A DNA stretch of 64,000 nucleotides from Gemmatimonadota bacterium. GTDB taxonomy: Bacteria; Gemmatimonadota; Gemmatimonadetes; Gemmatimonadales; GWC2-71-9. Positions 54,670 to 62,957 of the stretch are shown piece after piece. The notes below the pieces were generated by a model, which was not told the DNA's origin, ran no database searches, and worked only from the letters and a program-made list of their open reading frames with translations. The stretch spans positions 24,953 to 88,952 of the forward strand of contig QHUZ01000052.1 in NCBI GenBank assembly GCA_003223395.1. Direction: 5' to 3'. Numbering within the stretch: position 1 is the stretch's first letter; each line of letters opens with the position of its first letter. Position numbers and translations under genes: made by a program.

Positions 54670-56589
54670 TTACGCGCGGCGTCGTGCCGCGGGCAATGCC
54701 TGATCGAAAGAAGCGAACTCGAATGGCTTGGGGACGCAAGGCCGCCCGGTACCGTCGAGGAAGCGGCGCATTTGCTCGTTCACGAGGTCCCCGGTCGTAA
54801 AGATCACGCGCTCGGCGTGGGTGGGGTCGTTGCTGCGCAGTCGCTCGAAGATCTGCTCGCCGGAGAGGTCCGGCATGCGCATATCCAGGATGACCGCGTC
54901 GTATTTCGATGCCTTGAGGCGAACGAGGGCGTCCTCGCCGCTGGCCGTGGTCTCGACATCATGGCCCTTGCCGGCCAGATAGCGCTGTAGCGACACGCGG
55001 ACCGAAGCCTCATCGTCCACCACGAGCACCCGCAGGCGGTCGCTCCCCGTGGGCTGGACGTGCGGGACGGCGGTGAGCTCCACTGAGGTCCGTGGCTCGG
55101 TGACCGGGATCTCGACCACGAACCGGGCACCGCCTTGCGGCGCGTTTTCCGCCCAGATCCGCCCCTCGTGCTCGCGCACGATGCCGAGCGAGATCGAGAG
55201 CCCGAGGCCCGTTCCCGAACCGGTCGGTTTGGTCGTGAAGAAGGGGTTGAAGATGCGCTCGATCAGGTTCGCCGGAATTCCGGCGCCGGTGTCCTCGATC
55301 TCGATCCGGATCGAGTCCGCGTTGCGCCGGGTGCGCACCGTGAGCCGGTGATGGTGGCCGTCCCGCTGCTCCATCGCCTGCTCGGCATTCGTGATGAGGT
55401 TCAGGAAGACCTGCTGCAACTGGTGCGCGTCGGCCATGGTGTCCGGGAGCGATTCGTCGTATTCACGCCGGACGTCGATGCCGCGGACGCGCAGCTCGTA
55501 GCCGCGTAGCTCGAGGGTGTCGTCCAGCACCTGGTTGAGTGCGGTTTGGACTTTTTCGGCTTTATGCTGGCGCGCAAAGGTCAGCAGGTTCTGTACGATA
55601 CGGCTGGCGCGGCGCGCCTCGCTGTAGATCGTCTCCGCCGCCGTGCGCTGATCGGGCGGGAAGCGTTTCTCGGCGAGCAGCAGTTGGGCGAACGCGGAGA
55701 TGCCGGCGAGCGGGTTGTTGAGCTCGTGCGCCACGCCGGAGACGAGCTGCCCGATCGCCGACATTTTTTCCGACTGGATGAGCTGTTCCTGCAGCATCTT
55801 CTGGTCGGTGACGTCGCGGATGAGACACAACACTTCCTCATCCTTCTGCGGCGTCGAGTAGGTGATCGCGATCGTGCGGACTTCGCCATCCTTACGGTAG
55901 AACTGCGACTCGAACAGGCCCGTTTCGCCGGCAAGCGCCTGCTGGAAGTGGCCCAGCGCCTTCGGGAGGTCGTCGTCAGGGAGCATTGGGGCGAACCATT
56001 GACCGACCAGCTCGTCGCGCTTGTATCCGGAGATGTTTTCCGCGGCGTGGTTCACCGTAGTGAAGCGGCCGTTCGCGTCGAGGGTGACGATCGCGTCGGA
56101 GGCCGATTCGACCAGGTGGCGGTAGCGCGCTTCCGAGCGTGCCAGCGTCTCCTGGGCGCGCTTGGGTTCTGTGATATCGCGAAGGGTGGCGACGGTGCCG
56201 ATGATCTCACCGTGCATGCGAAACGGACCGCTCGAAACGGCCACGTCGCGCTCTTCCCCGTTGCTGTGATTGACGATCCGCGTCTCGTACCGCTGCGTCT
56301 CCCCACCGAGGACGCGGTCCTCGCGCGAGGCGACGTGGGCTCGCTCGTTCGGCGACACGCTGTCGGCGATCGCCTGGCCGACGATATCGCCCACCTGCCA
56401 GCCCAGCATGTCGGCCCCGGCCTGGTTCGCGGCGAGAACCCGCCGATCGGTACCGGTGACCACGACGGCGTCCGGCAGGGCAGCCACGATGTCGGCTGCC
56501 GTCTGCAGCAAGTCGACCAGTGGACTCTTGCCTGCCGCAGTGCTTGCCCCAGTTCCTCGGGTCGGCGAGACGCGACGAGCTTTACTCAC
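54670..56589 (-). CDS. cytoplasmic hybrid histidine kinase (PAS-PAS-HisKA-HATPase-REC)
   Basis: GVAHELNNPL, NLITNA, PFFTTK..GSGTGLGL, VVDDE...LDMRMP; no TM segment. Confidence 0.93.
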   Translation of the reverse strand: MSKARRVSPTRGTGASTAAGKSPLVDLLQTAADIVAALPDAVVVTGTDRRVLAANQAGADMLGWQVGDIVGQAIADSVSPNERAHVASREDRVLGGETQRYETRIVNHSNGEERDVAVSSGPFRMHGEIIGTVATLRDITEPKRAQETLARSEARYRHLVESASDAIVTLDANGRFTTVNHAAENISGYKRDELVGQWFAPMLPDDDLPKALGHFQQALAGETGLFESQFYRKDGEVRTIAITYSTPQKDEEVLCLIRDVTDQKMLQEQLIQSEKMSAIGQLVSGVAHELNNPLAGISAFAQLLLAEKRFPPDQRTAAETIYSEARRASRIVQNLLTFARQHKAEKVQTALNQVLDDTLELRGYELRVRGIDVRREYDESLPDTMADAHQLQQVFLNLITNAEQAMEQRDGHHHRLTVRTRRNADSIRIEIEDTGAGIPANLIERIFNPFFTTKPTGSGTGLGLSISLGIVREHEGRIWAENAPQGGARFVVEIPVTEPRTSVELTAVPHVQPTGSDRLRVLVVDDEASVRVSLQRYLAGKGHDVETTASGEDALVRLKASKYDAVILDMRMPDLSGEQIFERLRSNDPTHAERVIFTTGDLVNEQMRRFLDGTGRPCVPKPFEFASFDQALPAARRRA

Positions 56590-57266
56590 GCGTGATAAGA
56601 CGCCTCCATGGAGACCTTCATCAAGCTCAGACTTTCCAATGCGACCTGGGTGACCTTTTCGGGGGTGTCGCTGTTCCCCCGCTTGACGCAGTCCTTGATA
56701 ATCTCCAGGGCATGAATTGGATGCTCATCGTCGTACTTGGCATGCTCCTCGAGCCACCAGCGACCCCGCGGTCCGATCTTCTCGTTCTTCGCGAGCCCTC
56801 GCAGCGCTTTTTCCGAGATTTTCTGGGCGACCCCTTCGACTGCGTAGTTCGTCGCCGAAACCGCCTGTCCGAATTCGGCATTGCGGCACATCTCGGTCAA
56901 GTAGGCGTGGAATTTCTTGACTGCCGGAATCATCGGTTCCGGTTCCTGGAACCGCTTCTTGTGAACGTTGAAGCCATCGCCCATGGCGCGCCACATCGCG
57001 TCGTGCCGCCGCTCGACGCGGATGTTGTCGGTGAAGAACTCACGCCCCATCGCGGGCGAGCGATCCAGCAGCATCTGCAGCCACTGGGGGAAGTCGCGAA
57101 TGATGGGATAGAACCCGACCAGGAAGTTCTGGATTTGCCCATCCACCAGTTGATTCTCGGATGCGTCAATAATCACCGGTGTATCGAGGATGGCCTGTCG
57201 GCTGGGCTCCAGCGTGGAATCCAGGTCCGCGACCCAAGGTGGGTGCGGGGTCACTTGCACTGACAT
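56586..57266 (-). CDS. heme-oxygenase-like di-iron protein (TenA/PqqC/CADD, HDO superfamily)
   Basis: Metal-ligand pattern E..H (NIRVERRH), E (NYAVEG), H...D..H (HAKYDDEH); GAGGAG SD. Confidence 0.78.
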   Translation of the reverse strand: MSVQVTPHPPWVADLDSTLEPSRQAILDTPVIIDASENQLVDGQIQNFLVGFYPIIRDFPQWLQMLLDRSPAMGREFFTDNIRVERRHDAMWRAMGDGFNVHKKRFQEPEPMIPAVKKFHAYLTEMCRNAEFGQAVSATNYAVEGVAQKISEKALRGLAKNEKIGPRGRWWLEEHAKYDDEHPIHALEIIKDCVKRGNSDTPEKVTQVALESLSLMKVSMEASYHA

Positions 57267-57394
57267 TACGGCTCCTCTCCCGGGCGCGGGCGTGGATAGC
57301 TAGTGTTCAACGTGGGGTGCAATGTACGGGCGAGGATGGAACATGCAAGCATAAGTCGGATAGTGACTTGGAGCACATCAGCAAAATGGGACAC

Positions 57395-57424
57395 TTGACA
57401 AGATATATCGTGTAAGAATATCGT
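57395..57424 (+). promoter_or_regulatory. sigma70 promoter with overlapping palindromic operator, likely PadR autoregulation
   Basis: TTGACA-N18-TATCGT; near-perfect palindrome ACAAGATATATCGTGT at 57398-57413. Confidence 0.6.
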
Positions 57425-57450
57425 CACGTAACATCTCACCAGAGGCAAAG

Positions 57451-58017
57451 ATGGGCGGGAAGTTCGGCTGGGAGGGGTTTGGTTTTGCGTTCGGACCCCG
57501 GGCATGGGGCTTTCGTGGGCGCGGACCCCGGAGTTGGCGGCGTCAGTGGTTCGGCGCCGGCGACATGAAATACGTCATTCTGAAGCTGCTGCGCGACAAG
57601 CCACGTCATGGATACGAAGTCATGAAGGAGTTGGAAGAGCGGATGCACGGCTGCTACACGCCGTCGCCGGGTACCATCTATCCAACCCTGCAGTGGCTCG
57701 AGGACGAGGGACTGGTCGTCGGGCGCGATGTCGAAGGTAAGAAGGTGTACGAAATCACCGACACAGGACGGGCGTTTTTGGACGAGCACAAGGACATCGT
57801 CGAAGAGATCTTCGATCGCGTAACCGAGACCGTGGAGCGCACGGTGGGTGGCTCGATGGTCGAGGTCAATCGGGCGTTGGGCCAGCTCGTGAAGGCAGTC
57901 TACCGGACCGGCTGGAAAGCCGAGACCGATGCGGCCCGCAAGGGCGTTGCTGAGATCCTGGCGAAGGCGACGGCGGAGATCGAGGCGTTAGGAGCGGCGC
58001 CGGCGGGTAAGGCCTAA
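57451..58017 (+). CDS. PadR family transcriptional regulator
   Basis: HGYEVMKELE...PSPGTIYPTL..LEDEG...KKVYEIT. Confidence 0.93.
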   Translation: MGGKFGWEGFGFAFGPRAWGFRGRGPRSWRRQWFGAGDMKYVILKLLRDKPRHGYEVMKELEERMHGCYTPSPGTIYPTLQWLEDEGLVVGRDVEGKKVYEITDTGRAFLDEHKDIVEEIFDRVTETVERTVGGSMVEVNRALGQLVKAVYRTGWKAETDAARKGVAEILAKATAEIEALGAAPAGKA

Positions 58018-59075
58018 CGCAACCACACCCAGATCGTCCCCGCGGGGCAGGTCGACCCCATCCCGAACGACGGCGATGAGGGTGTGATGCTCCACGGGAC
58101 GATGCTGGTGGGCGAGCGCGGGCGCCCCCCACGGTAAATCTCCACCGCCTCAACTTGATCTGCCGCGATCGCCGAGAGCGGCCACCCCGCCCCGTTTTGC
58201 CCGTCGATAAAGATGGCGTACCGGCGCAGCTCAGCCGGCCCGAAGCCTTTTGCCGTTGCGGACGGCGCGCGGGGTAAGGCGAGATCCAGCCGCAACTCCC
58301 GGAGCTCTGCGAGCTCTTCACGGGGAATAAAGACCGAGTTTCCGCCGCTGCAGCGCACCCGCCGTGATGCATGAGCGTCCCACGCCGCATCGAGCGTACC
58401 GCCAAAACCCGCCAGCCGGCCGATCCGGCGATTGCTCAACCCCTCAGGCACTGGGCCGAGCAGCAGCGAGACATCCAGCGCTTCGCCCACCGGTAACGTG
58501 ACCGCGTGCCGCAACGCGAAGTAGCCGCGCTTTCGGACCATGAGCATGAACGTTCCGGCCGTGACGGTCGGCAGGCTGAAGCGACCCAGGCTGTCCGTCG
58601 TCGTCGCGACCGCACCGCCGAGGACCACCACTTCCGCACCCGCGATCGGGCGATCATAGATGTCCGAAACCGTGCCGAGCACGCCGCTGCGGCGGCCGCG
58701 GATCACGATCGGTTTCAGCTCCTGTACCACGGGAGTCAAGCGTGGAGTGATTTCCGCTCCGGCGCTGTCGATGACAACAGTGACTTCGACGGGATTGAAG
58801 CCGAGCCGGCGGAAGAAAAACCGCTCCTCCCCTTGCTCGAGGCTATCGATCTGAAAGCGACCGTCTGCGCCGGTCAGCGTCTTTCGCCCGGCCGTCATGG
58901 CGAGAACCTGGACCTGATCGATCGGTTGGCCCGCGGTGTCGCGCACGATGCCACTGACCGTGCGGAGGTTGATTTGCGCCGGGAGAGCGCGAGCTGGTAA
59001 GAGGACAACGACGGCCGCAAGCGCGAGCGCGTAGCGTGACATACGAACCATTTTTACCCCGCGGCTCGTAGTCAT
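58014..59075 (-). CDS. secreted protein with two carboxypeptidase-regulatory-like domains and a plug-like C-terminus
   Basis: VSGIVRD..GQPI, T.DSLGRF repeats; QVEAVEIYRG; alternative start at 59042. Confidence 0.72.
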   Translation of the reverse strand: MTTSRGVKMVRMSRYALALAAVVVLLPARALPAQINLRTVSGIVRDTAGQPIDQVQVLAMTAGRKTLTGADGRFQIDSLEQGEERFFFRRLGFNPVEVTVVIDSAGAEITPRLTPVVQELKPIVIRGRRSGVLGTVSDIYDRPIAGAEVVVLGGAVATTTDSLGRFSLPTVTAGTFMLMVRKRGYFALRHAVTLPVGEALDVSLLLGPVPEGLSNRRIGRLAGFGGTLDAAWDAHASRRVRCSGGNSVFIPREELAELRELRLDLALPRAPSATAKGFGPAELRRYAIFIDGQNGAGWPLSAIAADQVEAVEIYRGGRPRSPTSIVPWSITPSSPSFGMGSTCPAGTIWVWLR

Positions 59076-60117
59076 GATCCCGCGCGTTCGCGCAGCTCCT
59101 GCAGCGCGCGAGCCACATAGACCCGGGTCATCTGCTTGCGCCAGGATAGATCGAAATCTGTGTTATCCATAGGCTTGGACGGTCGGTAGGCCGCTTCCGC
59201 CGCGGCCGCGATGGCTTCATCGGAGAGTGGTACGCCCTGGAGGGTAGCACCGGCTTCCGGGACTTCCTGCGGATAGCTCGCCACGCCACCCAGGACAATG
59301 CGTGCAGCGGCGACATTTTTTCCTTTCCACTGTATCCAGGCAGCGACGCCGAGCACCGGAAAATCGAACGAGCCACGCCGCCGCAGCTTGTGGTAGACGG
59401 CATCCCAGCTGTTGGGCGCGGGCAGACGCACGTCAACCAGGATTTCGTCGGGCTGCTTGGTGAGGTAATTGATCCCGTCATTGTGGTAGAACCGGCCAGC
59501 CGGGACGACGCGCTCACCCTGCGGTCCTACCAGGCGGTATTCGGCGCCAATCGCGACCATCACCGGAGCGACGTCCGACGAGCTGACGGCCCAGCAGCGC
59601 GGCGACGACGGCGCCACCCAGCAGATGTGGCCGTCCTTCTTCATGCAGAAGTCGATCGACTTCCCCAGCAGCGCGGCGACGACGGCGCCACCCAGCAGAT
59701 GTGGCCGTCCTTCTTCATGCAGAAGTCGATCGACTTCCGCCACTCGTAGCTCTGATTGTAGTAGTTGCAGCGCGTGTCGAGACACAGGTTGCCGCCGAGG
59801 GTGCCCATGTTGCGGAGTAGCGGCGTGGAGACGAGGCGGGCAGCGGTGGCGACGGCGGAATGTTGGAACGATGGAATGTTGGAAAGAGTGCTGAGGGTAA
59901 CACACGTTCCAACTTTCTCACGTTCCATCGTTCGCAGTTCCGGAATCCCCATCAGCGAAATGACTGTCTTCGGCTCCTGATGGCGCCGCTTCATGTTGGG
60001 ATAGAGGTCGGTACCGCCGGCGACGTACATGCCCTCGGGCCCCGCCTCGGCCTTCATCCGCAGCGCCTCGGCGAGTGAGCGCGGTTGGAGATATGTGAAT
60101 GAAGGCAGCCGAAGCAT
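59072..60117 (-). CDS. FAD-binding subunit of xanthine-dehydrogenase-family enzyme, 4-hydroxybenzoyl-CoA reductase beta-like; frame broken by a 74-bp duplication
   Basis: AGGTDL, RNMGTLGGN, Cys-rich insert CNYYNQ...C...C...C, RGSFDFP; removing one repeat copy gives a 323-aa ORF. Confidence 0.8.
59590..59737. repeat. exact 74-bp tandem duplication
   Basis: 59590-59663 equals 59664-59737. Confidence 0.92.
59857..59934. repeat. inverted 4+4 array of 8-bp GGAA-core units, in frame
   Basis: ggaatgtt ggaacgat ggaatgtt ggaaagag; 14-bp spacer; cacgttcc aactttct cacgttcc atcgttcg. Confidence 0.75.
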
Positions 60118-60126
60118 CGTTGCGCC

Positions 60127-60971
60127 TTAGCTCGACCAGGACGACACAACGATACATTGGGCACGCCAACCAGTGGTGCGGCGTTCCGCGCCACATTGAT
60201 ACTGTGCCCCGCCCGTACCGTGTGCGACGTCCACGTCGAAGAGGAATCGTGCCACCGAGATCGCCTTTCGAGTCTTCACTCGAATGTGATAGGGATCGTC
60301 CCCGGGCGGCGGCGGACGCTGACCCGGGACGTACATCATCGAACTGAAGGTCGGCGGGCAGCGACGGGATGGCAACACTGTGACGCCGCCCTTCTGGTTC
60401 AGACGAACGAGCCAACCGGCGTCGGGGTCGGCATTCTGGGTTCGGCCGGCTAGACACACGATCCTGGGCAGACTGTCCTTCCAGGCGCTGAGGTTGTCCA
60501 CGAGCGACGCCACCACCGCCTCCTCGGCGGAGTCAGCAGCGAGTGAATCCCAGGGAAGGTCAGCCACGACCGGCGGCGATCGTCGCCATCCGAGCGTCGT
60601 GCGGGGCGTGCCATCCGGGAGCGTGTCCCGAGCGAGGGTTACCGTCGTATCGAACTCAAAGACCCGAACGAGACGAGAAGTGTCTGGGGGCATCGGCTGA
60701 AACAGAAACTCGTGCGTGAGACGGACACGCACCCGCCGCGCGCAATGACTCGCCGGTGCAAAGCGCCAGCGCGTCACGGCGCGCTTGACGATGAAGTCAA
60801 ATCCGGGGTTCGGACTCCGGGCTACTCGGATGGAAGCGGGCTCAGGAAGCCCCGCGGTGTCCACCGTAAAGAGCACTCGCACTGGGCCGCCCACCCGCGC
60901 CTGCTGCAGGAGTTGCGGATACGACGGCGGAGCGTTGCCGGTAGGAAGGCAAATGCGAGAAGTCGCAGCAT
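60127..60971 (-). pseudogene. TonB C-terminal domain protein; signal peptide out of frame with the body (break near 60940)
   Basis: ATG 60971 gives MLRLLAFAFL; PPSYPQLLQQARVGGPVRVLFTVD...WRFAPA is in another frame with no ATG or GTG upstream of 60894. Confidence 0.55.
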
Positions 60972-60984
60972 CACGGACCTTACT

Positions 60985-62922
60985 CTAGTGCGACTTCTCT
61001 CGCTGCGCCAAACCAATGCCACGCACCGTCTCAGTCAACTTCACGAACTCGGCGCGATATCCGTCCGGGTCCCGCCCGCGCGCTTCGCGCGCGGCCGCAA
61101 TCACGTGGCCGAGATCGGCTTTCCCGCGGAAGTCCGAGTTGCGCAGTAACAGGCCAAACTCGGCGACAGCTGCCTGAAACTGAAAGTCCACCGAGGGCGT
61201 CTGACCGGCTTCAGCCAGCACCGGTTGCGACAGTAAGCGGCTCTCGTCCCCGTCCGGCCGCTTATAGCGCACCTTCACGAACAACAGCTCAGGACCGGCA
61301 GCGCTGGTCGGCTGGACATTGCGCCGCTGATACCGGAGCGAATCCGGCATCCGAATCGTCACGTCAGTGTTGACGCCGACCGGTACCACTTCGTAGAGCG
61401 CGGTGACGGAATGGCCGGACCCGATCTCTCCGGCGTCTTTCTTGTCATCCGCGAAGTCCTCGTTGCGCAGCAGCCGGTTCTCGTACCCGATGAGCCGGTA
61501 CGCGCGCACGCGCGCCGGATTCCACTCCACTTGGATCTTCACGTCCTTCGCGACGGTGTAGAGCGTGCCGCCGAGCTCGTGCACCAAGACCTTTTGGGCT
61601 TCGGCGATGTTGTCGAGGTAGGCGTAGTTGCCGTTCCCCTTGTCGGCGAGCTTTTCCATCTTGGCGGCCTGCAGATTACCCTCGCCTACGCCCAGCACTG
61701 TGAGGAAGACGCCGGTGCGACGCTTTTCCTCGATGAGCTGGACCATCTCCGCGTCGCTCGACGGGCCAATATTGAAATCGCCGTCGGTGGCGAGAATCAC
61801 CCGGTTGTTGCCGCCGCGGATGAAGTTGGCGACCGCTTCGTCGTAGGCGCGGCGAATTCCCTCGCCGCCCGCCGTGCTCCCCCCCGCCTCCAACCGCTCG
61901 ATCGCGTCGAGGATCTTGGTCTTCTGATCGCCCGATGTGGAGGGCAGGACCAGGCCGGCGGAGCCGGCGTACACGACGATCGCAACGCGGTCCCTGACGC
62001 GGAGCTGATTTACGAGCAGCCGCATTGCCGATTTCACGAGGGGCAGCTTGTTCGACGGCATCATCGAGCCCGAGACGTCGAGCAAGAACACAAAGTTCGA
62101 CGGTGGCAGGTTCTCGACATTGATCCGACGCGCCTGCAGCCCGATGCGGACCAGCTGATGCTGCGGCTTCCACGGCGCCGGTGCGACCTCGGTATGGATC
62201 GCCAGGGGGTCGTCACCTTCGGGCTCGGCGTAGTCGTAGGGGAAATAGTTCACGAGCTCTTCGATGCGGACTGCGTCGCGCGGCGGCAGCTGACCGTCCT
62301 GCATGATGAAGCGCCGCATGTTGCTGTACGAGGCGCGATCGACGTCGATCGAGAAGGTCGAGAGCGGATCGGCGGCGACGGCGATGAACTGATTCTCGAC
62401 GATCTCGTCGTACTGCTCGCGATTACCCGGCTGGCGTTGGTAGCGCCAGGCCTCAGTGCTGTCGTATGCCACACCGTCGACGACATAGAGTGCATCGGCT
62501 CGTGACATTGCGGCGGTGGCTCCGCGTATCCGAACGACGCCATTTGCCGCACGCGCTCCATACACTCCCGTCACGACCACCGCCTCCAAGGCGACTGCGC
62601 CCGGCGCGAGGCTCAGATCGACGGTGACCGTGGCGTTTGCTGTAACGCGAACGCCTTTTGCCTCGGCGGTGGTGTACCCGATCATCTTTGCACGCACCGT
62701 ATGCGTCCCTGTGGGGACGTTTGCGAGCTGGTAGAAGCCGCTGTCGTTCGTGATCGCGCTGAGCGACGTCCCCACAACGTCCACCATCGCGCTCTTGATG
62801 GGCTTGCCCTGCGGATCGCGCACGTGCCCGGCGATCCTGCCGGTTTCGACGATCGTGAGCGTTGTTGGTGCGGCGAGCATGCTGACGAGGAGGATGACGA
62901 AGCGAAGAGAAAGAACCGGCAC
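60985..62922 (-). CDS. YfbK-like von Willebrand factor A protein with N-terminal carboxypeptidase-regulatory-like domain
   Basis: GGAGG-GTG start; STFSIDVD.ASY, DVSGSM MIDAS, LATDGDFN, YRLIGYENR. Confidence 0.9.
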   Translation of the reverse strand: MPVLSLRFVILLVSMLAAPTTLTIVETGRIAGHVRDPQGKPIKSAMVDVVGTSLSAITNDSGFYQLANVPTGTHTVRAKMIGYTTAEAKGVRVTANATVTVDLSLAPGAVALEAVVVTGVYGARAANGVVRIRGATAAMSRADALYVVDGVAYDSTEAWRYQRQPGNREQYDEIVENQFIAVAADPLSTFSIDVDRASYSNMRRFIMQDGQLPPRDAVRIEELVNYFPYDYAEPEGDDPLAIHTEVAPAPWKPQHQLVRIGLQARRINVENLPPSNFVFLLDVSGSMMPSNKLPLVKSAMRLLVNQLRVRDRVAIVVYAGSAGLVLPSTSGDQKTKILDAIERLEAGGSTAGGEGIRRAYDEAVANFIRGGNNRVILATDGDFNIGPSSDAEMVQLIEEKRRTGVFLTVLGVGEGNLQAAKMEKLADKGNGNYAYLDNIAEAQKVLVHELGGTLYTVAKDVKIQVEWNPARVRAYRLIGYENRLLRNEDFADDKKDAGEIGSGHSVTALYEVVPVGVNTDVTIRMPDSLRYQRRNVQPTSAAGPELLFVKVRYKRPDGDESRLLSQPVLAEAGQTPSVDFQFQAAVAEFGLLLRNSDFRGKADLGHVIAAAREARGRDPDGYRAEFVKLTETVRGIGLAQREKSH

Positions 62923-62957
62923 GGTCCCTCCAGGGTGAGAGTGTCCTAGAGAGACGC

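Noticed and set aside
57267-57450. Longest lower-GC intergenic region as a possible ncRNA or riboswitch
   Set aside because: No recognisable conserved RNA motif; explained by divergent promoters and an operator.
59590-59737. 74-bp repeat as a DGR template/variable pair or attachment site
   Set aside because: Copies are identical and directly adjacent, with no adenine-specific differences, RT or integrase.
60100-60971. Both the TonB gene and the FAD-subunit gene start MLRL, a possible target-site duplication
   Set aside because: Nucleotide identity is low beyond ATGCT; likely coincidence.
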